Source of the DNA: Fidelibacterota bacterium
GTDB lineage: Bacteria; Fidelibacterota; Marinisomatia; Marinisomatales; TCS55
Assembly: GCA_046861385.1 (NCBI GenBank)
Contig: JBHHTW010000005.1
Coordinates: 1-64,000, forward strand
Direction of reading: 5' to 3'
DNA length: 64,000 bases
Under the pieces are notes generated by a model. That model searched no databases. It saw nothing but the letters and a program-made list of their open reading frames with translations, and was not told the origin of the DNA. This document shows, piece after piece, positions 39,792-50,196 of this stretch (position 1 is the stretch's first letter; each line of letters starts with the position of its first letter). The position numbers were made by a program, and so were the translations under genes.

Positions 39792-41066
39792 TCAATAGAA
39801 TCCTTTTATCCATTGCTTGAGCCATCCGACGGCTCGATCAAATGTTGGTTTCTCGGGCATGGATGTCGGAGATAGTTCACGTTTTAAATCCATCCAATGT
39901 GTCAGTCCGATGACGGTTGTGAACTCTGCTTCGGACACCATGTCAACGGCACCGCTAATATTTTTTGGAATACCTTTCCGAACTCTCATTTTTAAGATTT
40001 CCTCCGCTAATGGAGTAATATTCCGTAATTGAGAACCGCCACCGGTAAGGACGACTCCATAGGTTAATTGATCTCGAACATCAGCCCGATGTATTTCTCT
40101 CGCAATCAGTTGAAGAATTTCGACTGCCCGCGCTTCCACATATCTGGATAATTCATGTTCAGAAACTTTTCTTGCAAGACCGCCATTTTTTACAGGAAGA
40201 TCAAATTCCAATTCTGTAGATGACATGGAGGCTTTTGCAGACGCATATTTTCTTTTAATCTTTTCGGCTTCATCAATACCAATTTGAAGCATGACAGCAA
40301 TATCGTTTGTGATACTATTTGAACCAATTCCCAAAACAGCCGAGTGACGAATACCATCTTCATGATAGACCACTATTTCCGTTGTTCCGCCGCCAATATT
40401 CACAATGGCGACACCCAAATCTTTTTCATCGGTGTCTAAAGTTGTCAGGGCACAGGCCAATCCCTGGAATACAAGACCTTCCACTTTAATACCAAGTTCT
40501 TCTGTACAATTAACCAAATTTTTTGCCGCAGAGCTTGGAACAGTTATTAAATGAACCTTTGCTTCTAATCTTCGTCCTGACATTCCAACCGGATCTTTAA
40601 TTTTATCCATAGTGTCTATGACGTATTCCTGTGGAAGAACATGCATGATATCCCTATCGGCAGGAAGAGAGAGCGCCCTAGCCATTTCCATTACCCGGAA
40701 CACATCATATTCAGTAATCTCATTTTCCACTGGGATGGTTGAATGCTGATTTCGTTGAATGGCAATAGCTCCCTGCGTATTGATACCCCTGATATTTTCA
40801 CCCGAAATGCTTAATACAGCCTTTTCTACTTTTTGTCCCGACATGAGTTCGGTATCTTTTACCGCAGCTTCCATCGCATCCATCAATTTATCACGGTGAA
40901 TGACAGATCCGTTTTTCAGGCCAGCTGAAGGGGCTCGACCCAAGCCCAATAATTTCACTTCATTTGTTCCATGGGATTTATCAACAATGGCACATGTGAT
41001 ATATGATGAACCGACATCCAAGCCAATTCTGATTTGCTGAGGGATGTTTTTATGAATTGATTTCAC
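39792..41066 (-). CDS. ftsA: Cell division protein FtsA
   Basis: GLDVGS, NIGGGTT and VLTGGGS; dcw position. Confidence 0.96.
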   Translation of the reverse strand: MKSIHKNIPQQIRIGLDVGSSYITCAIVDKSHGTNEVKLLGLGRAPSAGLKNGSVIHRDKLMDAMEAAVKDTELMSGQKVEKAVLSISGENIRGINTQGAIAIQRNQHSTIPVENEITEYDVFRVMEMARALSLPADRDIMHVLPQEYVIDTMDKIKDPVGMSGRRLEAKVHLITVPSSAAKNLVNCTEELGIKVEGLVFQGLACALTTLDTDEKDLGVAIVNIGGGTTEIVVYHEDGIRHSAVLGIGSNSITNDIAVMLQIGIDEAEKIKRKYASAKASMSSTELEFDLPVKNGGLARKVSEHELSRYVEARAVEILQLIAREIHRADVRDQLTYGVVLTGGGSQLRNITPLAEEILKMRVRKGIPKNISGAVDMVSEAEFTTVIGLTHWMDLKRELSPTSMPEKPTFDRAVGWLKQWIKGFY

Positions 41067-41824
41067 GCTCTAACCTTTGCAATAACCTGGCGATTATAGC
41101 GCAAGTCTAATAATTTGAATTGATTTAATCCCCGATTATCCGGTAATGATTCTGAAAAGGATGTCAGTATTTGAATTTTATCCAAAAGGCGTTCCTTCCC
41201 CAAAATAACTCTTGTGGGATAATCGGAAAGTATGAGTACAAACTCATCATTTGAATTCAAAGTTATTTCAGAGAGGTTATTATACAAACTTGGAAAGTAT
41301 TCCATTATTTGATCAATAACTGATACTGATTCAAGAACTTTAAGTGATACAGTTTGATGTCCAATGGGATATAACTCACGAGCAGAATTAAAGCCGGACA
41401 TAATTGGTATTATTTTGTCTCCAACATAACCTAATTCAGGAAGAACCACTCCTTTATTATCAACATACAAAATGGGTCTCATATTCAAAAGGGCGATCGG
41501 TTCTCTCTCCGCAATTTCAACTTGGAGTGTGTTTGGAAATGTTCTGCTTACTCGAGCAGCTTGGACAAAAGGATGGCTTTCCAATAACATCCCCACCTCA
41601 CGTATGTCAATTTCATCTATTGAGACTCCCACTAATGACGAAAGGGACGCATAATATTCATTTTCAGGAATAATATTGGCACCCTGGATAAAAATATTTT
41701 TTACTAGATTAAATTTTGTATATGCTGACCAATTAATGGATAACCACGATAATACAATTAACATGGAAGTCAACATTGTTCCAATCATTAAACGCCAGTT
41801 CATTTGCTTCTTTTTCTTATTCAT
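41063..41824 (-). CDS. ftsQ: Cell division protein FtsQ/DivIB
   Basis: Single TM, POTRA region (PFV..A.VSRTFPNTLQVEIAEREP) and C-terminal LDLRY. Confidence 0.9.
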   Translation of the reverse strand: MNKKKKQMNWRLMIGTMLTSMLIVLSWLSINWSAYTKFNLVKNIFIQGANIIPENEYYASLSSLVGVSIDEIDIREVGMLLESHPFVQAARVSRTFPNTLQVEIAEREPIALLNMRPILYVDNKGVVLPELGYVGDKIIPIMSGFNSARELYPIGHQTVSLKVLESVSVIDQIMEYFPSLYNNLSEITLNSNDEFVLILSDYPTRVILGKERLLDKIQILTSFSESLPDNRGLNQFKLLDLRYNRQVIAKVRA

Positions 41825-42741
41825 AGTGAAAATACATCCTTTTTAAATCCCAACGTTTTTATTTCGAGATCCAACATAATATCAAATTTTTCATATACTT
41901 TTTTACGGGCAATGCGAATAAGGTCTATGATATCGCTGGCCTTTGCCTGCCCATGATTAATGAAAAAATTGCCATGTTGCTTAGAAATTTCAGAATCACC
42001 AATACGCTTACCTTTAAGACCTGCTTTATCGATCAAAAAGCCGGCTGCCAGATCAGGTTTGGGATTTTTAAATACACTCCCCGCAGACCGGAAACGAAGT
42101 GGTTGAGTATCCTTTCTTCCCAGGCTGGCCATTTCACGCTTTTTTGAAATCGTTTCAGTTGATGCTTCTTCCAGTTCAAATTCAGCACTTATTATTATTT
42201 CATTTTCTTTAATGGTAGAAAACCTGTAACTAAATTCAATGGCACTGACTTCTAATTCTTTAATAATTCCGGAAAAATTCATCACTCGTATATTTTTGAG
42301 ACAATTTGATATTTCGCTGCCAAATGCACCCGCATTCATCTTTAAGGCTCCACCGATAGTTCCAGGAACACCAATCATACTTTCCAATCCGGTTAAATGG
42401 TTTTTCATGCTCTCCTTCACCAAATGCCCAAGCATGACGCCCGATTCTGCAAAAATTTTATTTCCTGATATTCGAAGCTTCCTAAATGATTTACCCAAGG
42501 TTATTACAATACCGTTAATTCCTTCATCCGCTACAAGAAGATTGGATCCTGATCCGACAATGTATACAGGGATTGAGTATGAATCAGCAAATTGTAATAT
42601 TTCACTTATGTCATTTTCATCATTTGGCGTGATGAATGCCCATGCCGGACCACCAATCCCATAGGTTGTATGAGCAGACATCGATTCATTCTCCAAAAGT
42701 GTACCTTTGACTATTCGTTTCAATTCCGCCATTTTGTTCAC
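41821..42741 (-). CDS. murB: UDP-N-acetylmuramate dehydrogenase
   Basis: HTTYGIGG, GSGSNLL, PGTIGGA..MNAGA and SAGSVFKNP. Confidence 0.97.
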   Translation of the reverse strand: MNKMAELKRIVKGTLLENESMSAHTTYGIGGPAWAFITPNDENDISEILQFADSYSIPVYIVGSGSNLLVADEGINGIVITLGKSFRKLRISGNKIFAESGVMLGHLVKESMKNHLTGLESMIGVPGTIGGALKMNAGAFGSEISNCLKNIRVMNFSGIIKELEVSAIEFSYRFSTIKENEIIISAEFELEEASTETISKKREMASLGRKDTQPLRFRSAGSVFKNPKPDLAAGFLIDKAGLKGKRIGDSEISKQHGNFFINHGQAKASDIIDLIRIARKKVYEKFDIMLDLEIKTLGFKKDVFSL

Positions 42742-42742
42742 C

Positions 42743-44131
42743 TTAAGCAGCAGCCTCCAGGTTTTTTAAATGTGCGAAATATTTTTCAGAATAACGCCAA
42801 ATGGTTCCAGCGCCGATCGTAATAACCATGTCACCAGGAAGAACGATTTTGTCTAAATGACTGTTTAAATCATCAAGATTCTGGACATAAAACACATGTT
42901 TATGTCCGGACTGGCGTGCTGCATTGGAAACCATGGCTCCACTAATACCCTTTATCGGCTTTTCCCGGGCAGGATAAACATCTGTAACAATAAGAATATC
43001 CGATTGTTGAAATGCTAAGGCAAAATCTTCATAAAAATCTCGGGTTCGAGTGTATAAATGTGGTTGAAATACGGATACAATTCTACGATCCCAACCCTGT
43101 TTTGCTGCATTCAAAGTCGCCTTGACTTCCGTCGGATGGTGGGCATAATCGTCGACTACCATTATATTGTTGGAAATCCCTTTGATTTCAAATCGTCTGC
43201 GAACACCAGTATATGCCTTCAACCCTTGGACGATGTGACCAATTTTTAGTCCCATTTCTTTTCCAACAGCAATCGCTGCGAGTGAATTCGATACATTATG
43301 CTCACCGGGAACATTTAAAGTTATGGTTCCATTATCGTGACCATTAGAGCAAAGTGTGTATACTGTTTGAGATTCATTAAAACATATATTATTGGCGCTA
43401 ATGTCCGCCTGGTCACTGAAACCGTAACCAATAATAGGGCGTTTTATGTCCGGGACTATTTCTTGAAGTGCCGGTGAATCAATACAAACGATTACAGCTC
43501 CATAAAAAGGTGAAGAATTAGCAAATTGTAAAAAAGCTTGCTGAAGATCATCGATATCCTTATAACAATCCGTATGCTCAAGTTCAATATTCGTTAAGAC
43601 ACTGATAGTGGGACGCAAGGCTAAAAAACTGCGATCATATTCATCAGCTTCCACTACAATTATTTCGCCCGATCCAAGCTTGGAATTTGAATCAATGGTT
43701 TTGACCAATCCCCCAACGACAAGTGTTGGATCTAAATTCCCTTCTGTTAAAATGGTTCCAATCATGGAAGATGTAGTAGTTTTTCCGTGAGTTCCGCCAA
43801 CACCGATACTCGTTTCTTTAACCGAAATAAGTTCTCCAAGCATTTCAGCCCGACGAATAACCGGAATGTTTTTTTGATGGGCAGCAATGATTTCAGGATT
43901 ATCTAAATGGACAGCGCTTGAATAAACCAATACATCTGCATCGGTAAGGTTGACTGCACTGTGTCCCATATGAATATCTGCACCAAGACTAATTAATTTT
44001 TCGACATTGACTGAGTGATTGATATCCGAACCACTTACATAAAACCCAAGGTTTAATAATAATTCAGCAATACCGCTCATTCCGATACCGCCAATGCCAA
44101 CGAAATGAACTTTCTTAACTTTTCTAAACAT
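42743..44131 (-). CDS. murC: UDP-N-acetylmuramate--L-alanine ligase
   Basis: HFVGIGGIGMSG, GTHGKTTT and DDYAHHPTE. Confidence 0.98.
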   Translation of the reverse strand: MFRKVKKVHFVGIGGIGMSGIAELLLNLGFYVSGSDINHSVNVEKLISLGADIHMGHSAVNLTDADVLVYSSAVHLDNPEIIAAHQKNIPVIRRAEMLGELISVKETSIGVGGTHGKTTTSSMIGTILTEGNLDPTLVVGGLVKTIDSNSKLGSGEIIVVEADEYDRSFLALRPTISVLTNIELEHTDCYKDIDDLQQAFLQFANSSPFYGAVIVCIDSPALQEIVPDIKRPIIGYGFSDQADISANNICFNESQTVYTLCSNGHDNGTITLNVPGEHNVSNSLAAIAVGKEMGLKIGHIVQGLKAYTGVRRRFEIKGISNNIMVVDDYAHHPTEVKATLNAAKQGWDRRIVSVFQPHLYTRTRDFYEDFALAFQQSDILIVTDVYPAREKPIKGISGAMVSNAARQSGHKHVFYVQNLDDLNSHLDKIVLPGDMVITIGAGTIWRYSEKYFAHLKNLEAAA

Positions 44132-45221
44132 CAGGTGCTGATCCTTTCCAAAATATGATCAGCAATAACCGAAACGGCATTCGGTTTCCCCAACGCTTTT
44201 GAGTTTTTTGACATTTTGTTTAATGCGTATTCGTCTTTGAATAATTGATTTATTAATATGGATAAATTATCAGGACTCAAATCAGCCTCAGGAATCATTT
44301 TAGCTGCGTCTCTTTTATCCATAGCTGCAGCGTTGTGAGTTTGGTGATCCTCAGCCGCAGAAGGAAGGGGGATCATAATACTCGCCACTCCGCAAGCGGT
44401 CAGTTCCGTGATGGTCATTGCGCCTGCTCTGGTCAAAGCCAGATCTGCCGCTGCATATGCACTTTTCATATCATTAATGAATGGTTTTACACGAACAGAA
44501 TTTGTTTCATGATGTTTATATTGTTCAAAATGGTTCATTCCTGTTTGCCAAAGAACTTGGACGTCTTTCAAGTCATCAATCATTTCAGAAACACATTGGT
44601 TGATTACTATTGAACCCTGACTACCGCCAAAAACAAAAAGTGTTTTATTTTGATCCACAAAATCAAATTTCTTGAGAGCGGTCACGCGATCCCCATTGGT
44701 AATATCTTTTCGAACTGGATTTCCGGTTGAAAAAACGTTTTTTTTTTAATGAAATTTTCTACTTCATTAAACGAAGTAAAAACTATCTCTGCACTTTCAG
44801 CAAAATATTTTGTTGTTATTCCCGGGAATGAATTTTGCTCTTGAATGAAATAGGGAATATTTTGTTGACGGGCGACGAAAAGCGGCAGAGCGGAAGCATA
44901 TCCCCCGGTTCCAATGACAGCATTGGGCTGCAGTTTTTTCATTAACGCATTCGTCTTCATCTTTGACCGTATCAATTGTCCCGGTAATTGTAAATTTTTT
45001 CCGAAAGATGACCATGAAGTTCCCCGCTGCAATCCTCGGATGGGTAATAATGTATACATTAAACTTCGTCCTGGTAATATTTTCGCTTCAATTCCGAATC
45101 TGGATCCCACATAATGAATATCTGCGCCTGTTCGATCGCGGAGCTCTTCACCAATTGCCAGGGCAGGAAATAAATGACCTCCCGTTCCACCACCGCTAAT
45201 TAGAAATTGTAATTTAGCCAT
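44131..45221 (-). CDS. murG: MurG N-acetylglucosaminyl transferase, split by a one-base frameshift at about 44730-44747
   Basis: The N-half (GGGTGGHLFP, EQNSFPG) and C-half (FGGSQG, RAGA..E) lie in different frames; the span is 1091 bp, one base short of 364 codons. Confidence 0.93.
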
Positions 45222-46368
45222 ATATCCGTTTCCTCCAGTTCGAATTCCCTGACACAGATCGTTTGGATTGGCTAATATTTAATAAAATACCTAGGCTGGC
45301 TAAGTGAACGACAACTCCTGATCCACCATAGGAAATGAGAGGCATTGCTAATCCAGTCGTGGGGACAAGATTTGTGACAACTGCTGCATTGATAAATGCA
45401 TAGAGAACAAAACTGTAGGAGATTCCAAGGGCAAGCATAATGCCGAATGGTTCTGAGTTCTCTTTGGCTATTTGTACACCTCGTTGGAAGATTACAATAA
45501 ATAACGTTAAAACAAAAAGTGTACCGATTAGACCAGTTTCTTCTCCAATTATGGCGAAAATAAAATCTGTATGGGGAGTCGGAAGGAAGAGATTTTTTCC
45601 TAAGCTGTTTCCAAGACCCATGCCCCATAAACCTCCGTTACCTAAACTGATCAGCGACTGTTTAATTTGATACACATTTTCAATCCCTACACTTTCCGGG
45701 TTCAAAAAAGTCATAATCCGCCGCCGCATATATTCCCAATTCAAAATGACCAGTGTAAAAGCAGATAGGGAAATGAGCGCGGTAGCAAACATATGCCGAA
45801 GCCTTGCTCCACCGAGGAATAACATGATAAATGAAATAAGTAAAATGACAAAAGCTGTACTGAGATCAGGCTGTAGTACGATTAAAACTACAATGAGTCC
45901 AATAGCGGTTATTATATTTAAATATCCATCATAAAATTCCTTAATATGTTCACGTTTGTTATGAATAAAAGCAGAAATATAAATAATCAGGGACAAACGC
46001 GCTATATCTGAAGTTTGAACTGAAACTTTACCCAAGTATAACCAGCGGGCTGGTGATGAATTCCCTTTAATAATGAATAAGAATTTTGTCAATACTAATA
46101 AAAAAATAGAAATTCCCAAAATGGGATACGCCCAATCTTTCATTCTACGATAATCAAATAACATAAAGAAGAACATGAATGAGACACCGACTAGTAGCCT
46201 TTTTAAATGTGCCAGTAAATAAAGCGTATCTGTTCTGCTGCCGGTTTCATCTAATGATAAATTTGAACTTGCGCTAAACAGCATGACCGTACCAAAAATA
46301 CAGAGAATAATGATACTTCCTAATAAATACTGATCATATTTTTTGACAATAATATTTAAATAACTCAT
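45214..46368 (-). CDS. ftsW: SEDS peptidoglycan polymerase FtsW
   Basis: ARWL, LQPDLST, LPTPHTDFIFAIIGEE and PLISYGGS. Confidence 0.96.
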   Translation of the reverse strand: MSYLNIIVKKYDQYLLGSIIILCIFGTVMLFSASSNLSLDETGSRTDTLYLLAHLKRLLVGVSFMFFFMLFDYRRMKDWAYPILGISIFLLVLTKFLFIIKGNSSPARWLYLGKVSVQTSDIARLSLIIYISAFIHNKREHIKEFYDGYLNIITAIGLIVVLIVLQPDLSTAFVILLISFIMLFLGGARLRHMFATALISLSAFTLVILNWEYMRRRIMTFLNPESVGIENVYQIKQSLISLGNGGLWGMGLGNSLGKNLFLPTPHTDFIFAIIGEETGLIGTLFVLTLFIVIFQRGVQIAKENSEPFGIMLALGISYSFVLYAFINAAVVTNLVPTTGLAMPLISYGGSGVVVHLASLGILLNISQSKRSVSGNSNWRKRIYG

Positions 46369-47738
46369 CCATTTGCCTTCAATGATTGCACTAATTCCCT
46401 AAATGAATCTCCTCTTTCTTCAAAATTTGCGAATTGATCAAAACTTGCACAACCCGGAGATAATAAAACAATATCTCCAGGTTGCGCATTTGAATGAGCG
46501 ATCTCAACAGCATGACTGAGTGTATTACAACATTTGATTTTCACTTTTTCTTCCAACACAGTTGTGATCGCTTTTTCTGACTCACCAATGGTGAGTACTT
46601 CTTTCACCTTTTTGTGGGTATGTGGGTACAGTGAAAGAAAGTCTCCGCCTTTATCCCGACCGCCCAAAATAAGCAATATTGGTTGATCAAAACTGTCTAA
46701 AGCCACTTTTACTGCTTCAATATTTGTTGCTTTAGAATCATTGATATATATAACGCCATCGATTTTTCCAATGTGTTCAAGTCGATGTGGGACTCCACAA
46801 AACGTAGACATGACTTTAGCAATTCTGGATGATGCTATGCCCAACAGACTCGCCGAGGTAGAGGAACCGAGGTAGTTCGAAAGGTTATGCCTACCAGGCA
46901 AAGCAATTTCATCCAGAATGATCAGAGTGGCGTGCTTTTGATCATAAATTTTGGTTGCGTTTAAACGAAATAGTAGTCCTTTTGCATCTGAATTTAAACT
47001 ATAGGGTATTTTGATCGCTTTTGACGGCTCGATACATCTTGACACTAGTGGGTCATCAGCATTAAATACCAGATAATCATTTTCCGTCTGATTTGACCAC
47101 ATTTTCATTTTGGTTGCAACATAATCATCCATATCGTCATAACGATTTAAATGGTCCGGTGTCAGATTAAGAAATAGAGAAATATATGGTTTGAAATGAT
47201 GGATAAATTCCATTTGGAAGCTGGATATTTCCAGTACGTGAATTCGTTGGTCATCCGGTTTTAAACAATCACTGAGGACTACCTCCGAAAATGCTTTGCC
47301 AACATTCCCCGATAGTATAGGATGCAAATCATCCGTTTTACACATTTCAAACATCATATGAGCTGTGGTTGTTTTACCATTAGAGCCGGTAATGGCAATA
47401 ATCGGAGCACGGGTGAACCAACTGGCGAATTCAATTTCACCTACGATAGGAATATTTTTTAATTGCGCATTTCGAACAATAATTGAATCTTTTGGTATTC
47501 CCGGTGAAATAACCCACAAATCTGCATCATAGACGGAATCACTGTGACCATTGGTTTCCACCCGGATGCCTTCTTTTTTCAATTCGATAATGTCTTTAGT
47601 CCAACCTTTATCACTAATGAAAACATTTGCGCCTAAGTAATGAGCCAGTCTTGACGCTGCCAATCCGCTGCGACCAGCGCCAATAACCGTCACGTTTTTA
47701 TTTTTTAATTTGATTCTATCTAAGTGTGAAATATCCAT
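46365..47738 (-). CDS. murD: UDP-MurNAc-L-Ala--D-Glu ligase
   Basis: ITGSNGKTTT, LEISSFQ, NDSKATN and LSPGCASFDQF. Confidence 0.98.
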   Translation of the reverse strand: MDISHLDRIKLKNKNVTVIGAGRSGLAASRLAHYLGANVFISDKGWTKDIIELKKEGIRVETNGHSDSVYDADLWVISPGIPKDSIIVRNAQLKNIPIVGEIEFASWFTRAPIIAITGSNGKTTTAHMMFEMCKTDDLHPILSGNVGKAFSEVVLSDCLKPDDQRIHVLEISSFQMEFIHHFKPYISLFLNLTPDHLNRYDDMDDYVATKMKMWSNQTENDYLVFNADDPLVSRCIEPSKAIKIPYSLNSDAKGLLFRLNATKIYDQKHATLIILDEIALPGRHNLSNYLGSSTSASLLGIASSRIAKVMSTFCGVPHRLEHIGKIDGVIYINDSKATNIEAVKVALDSFDQPILLILGGRDKGGDFLSLYPHTHKKVKEVLTIGESEKAITTVLEEKVKIKCCNTLSHAVEIAHSNAQPGDIVLLSPGCASFDQFANFEERGDSFRELVQSLKANG

Positions 47739-48841
47739 TAGCGAATCTTAAAAGTGGTTAATGAAAATAATGCCAGCAATAAGCCGATAATCCAAAAGCG
47801 GATGACGACACGAGATTCGGGCCATCCTTTTAACTCAAAATGATGGTGAATCGGTGCCATTTTGAATAATCGCTGTCCGTCACCGAATTTTATTTTAGTC
47901 CATCGAAAATATACGACCTGTAAAATAACGGTAAGCGCTTCCCAAACAAAAACACCACCAATGATGAATAGGAGCAATTCTTTTTTTAGTAAAACCGCCA
48001 TTGTACCCAAAGCAGCGCCGGTAGATAAGGATCCAACATCACCCATAAATACTTCGGCGGGAGATGCATTGAACCATAAATATCCAATCAATGCACCAGT
48101 GATCGCGGCAGTAAAAATGGTAAGTTCTCCTGCTCCGGGTAAATAGAGGATGTTTAAATAACTGGAAAAATCAACGCGACCGCTCATATATGCAATGGCA
48201 GCAAAGACTGTAAAGCAAATGGCAAGCAAACCTGCAGCCAACCCATCCAAACCATCAGTCAGATTAACCGCATTGGATGACCCGGTGATAACCAATATAA
48301 TCACAAGTGGGTAAAGATATCCAAAATCCAGCTCAAGATTTTTAAAAAATGGTACATTCGTTACACTTTTAATATCCACAAATGCCGGATGGTTAAATAT
48401 CCACACACTAATGATGATTCCTAATAATATTTGACCAACAAGTTTATAGCGGGCAACCAACCCTTTTTTAAATTTTTTAATTACTTTTAAATAATCGTCC
48501 AAAAAACCAATACATCCCATCCAGACTAATGCCAACATCACAATTTGAACATACGTGTTAGATAAGTCGGCCAATAGCAGGGTCGGGATTAACACAGATC
48601 CGATAATCATTAATCCACCCATGGTCGGTGTTCCCTGTTTCTTCCGGTGGCTTTTAGGACCCTCAATCCTAATTTCCTCTCCAATTTGGTGTTTGTGTAA
48701 AAGTCGAATAATCCAAGGACCAATTATAAATGTCAATAATAGGGATAAAATGGCGGCCATAGCTGAGCGGAATGTGATGTATTGAAATACGTTGAAAGGT
48801 GAGAATACATCACGTAAAGGATAAAGTAACTTAAATAACAT
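47738..48841 (-). CDS. mraY: Phospho-N-acetylmuramoyl-pentapeptide transferase
   Basis: GTPTMGG, NAVNLTDGLDGL, FMGDVG and MAPIHHHFE. Confidence 0.98.
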   Translation of the reverse strand: MLFKLLYPLRDVFSPFNVFQYITFRSAMAAILSLLLTFIIGPWIIRLLHKHQIGEEIRIEGPKSHRKKQGTPTMGGLMIIGSVLIPTLLLADLSNTYVQIVMLALVWMGCIGFLDDYLKVIKKFKKGLVARYKLVGQILLGIIISVWIFNHPAFVDIKSVTNVPFFKNLELDFGYLYPLVIILVITGSSNAVNLTDGLDGLAAGLLAICFTVFAAIAYMSGRVDFSSYLNILYLPGAGELTIFTAAITGALIGYLWFNASPAEVFMGDVGSLSTGAALGTMAVLLKKELLLFIIGGVFVWEALTVILQVVYFRWTKIKFGDGQRLFKMAPIHHHFELKGWPESRVVIRFWIIGLLLALFSLTTFKIR

Positions 48842-50196
48842 TATTTCGTTTCTAGATCTCTCAAAATGGTTTCCATTAACATACCCCGCGACCCTTTTAC
48901 CAGTATTTTGTCACCTTCTTGAATCCAGACCTTCAATTCTTCAGATAGGTCATGTTTTGAATCAAAATGTTTATGAAAAATACCCGAATTAATAGCCTCA
49001 TTCGTTTCTCGAGTATTATTTCCAATCGTAAAAACAGCGTCCAATTTCTTTTTCGAACAATGTTCCCCCACTTTTCGATGATGAGAAATTGATTCATTTC
49101 CCAATTCGAGCATATCTCCAAAAACAAAAATATTTCTTCCATTTCCACTGAATGCCTTCAGATAATCTATAGCCGCAACGGTTGACGAAAGGTTCGCATT
49201 ATAGGTATCGTCGATAATTGTGACTTGGTTCATCTGAGTGACTTCGCAGCGTCCTTTGGGAGCTTGAAATGATTGGACTTGATTTTCAAACGTTTTCCAG
49301 TCAATTCCAAAATGAGCACATACAGCCGAAGCAGCGATGACGTTCTTAATGAACGAAAGATTTTGGGAAGCAGTGGCAATTTCATACGAATCAATTGTTA
49401 GGGTAATCGAGCCGTCTTTCTCATGATGAATATCAGCAGGGTAGTCACAATCTGGTGTCAGTCCATAAGAAATTCCCTTACCCGGTAGGTTCATTTTACG
49501 AATTAGATCATCCGCTTTGTTTACAAATGCTATTCCATCAGCTAAAGCTTCGAATAGGGCTCCTTTAGTTTTTGCTATTTCATCAAGGGAACCAAATCCT
49601 TCCAGATGGGACGAGTTAATATTTGTGATCAAACCATGCGTTGGTTCTGATATCGAACATAAATATGCAATTTCGCCTGGTTGGCTTGCACCCATTTCTA
49701 ATATTGAAAATGTGTGATCATAAGATATTTGGAAAATGGTTAACGGTAAGCCAATAGACGTATTAAAATTTCCCGATGTTGCATGAACTTTTTCATCTAC
49801 AGATAAAATATGTTTCAATAATTCTTTTGTTGATGTTTTTCCATTTGATCCGGTTATACCTATTAATGGAATATTAAATAATCTTCGATAAGACCGTGCA
49901 AATGCACCCAATGTTTCCACCGGTTTTTCAACAATGAATAATTCCATTCCACTAATAACAGAAACTTCATGATCTGCCAAACATGCCACGGCACCATTTT
50001 CATTCGCCTGTAGTATAAACTTATGTCCATCAGTCCGCTCACCCCTAATGGCAATATATAAATCCCCCACCTGGCATTCGCGGCTATCCGTGGAAATCCC
50101 AGTGATCGGGGAGGATGGGGTCACACCCAGATGGGTCTTCAATACAGTCGTAAAAGCTTCAGGTTCAGCTATTTGAATTCGCACAAAATTTCTCAA
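48841..50196 (-). CDS. murF: UDP-MurNAc-tripeptide--D-Ala-D-Ala ligase
   Basis: ITGSNGKTSTK, DDTYNAN, GDMLELG and KGSRGM; start uncertain (50196 or GTG 50184). Confidence 0.96.
   Translation of the reverse strand: MRNFVRIQIAEPEAFTTVLKTHLGVTPSSPITGISTDSRECQVGDLYIAIRGERTDGHKFILQANENGAVACLADHEVSVISGMELFIVEKPVETLGAFARSYRRLFNIPLIGITGSNGKTSTKELLKHILSVDEKVHATSGNFNTSIGLPLTIFQISYDHTFSILEMGASQPGEIAYLCSISEPTHGLITNINSSHLEGFGSLDEIAKTKGALFEALADGIAFVNKADDLIRKMNLPGKGISYGLTPDCDYPADIHHEKDGSITLTIDSYEIATASQNLSFIKNVIAASAVCAHFGIDWKTFENQVQSFQAPKGRCEVTQMNQVTIIDDTYNANLSSTVAAIDYLKAFSGNGRNIFVFGDMLELGNESISHHRKVGEHCSKKKLDAVFTIGNNTRETNEAINSGIFHKHFDSKHDLSEELKVWIQEGDKILVKGSRGMLMETILRDLETK

Noticed and set aside
44131-45221. 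murG as a true pseudogene or as two separate genes
   Set aside because: Both halves are intact, one base in a homopolymer restores the frame, and the rest of the dcw cluster is undamaged.
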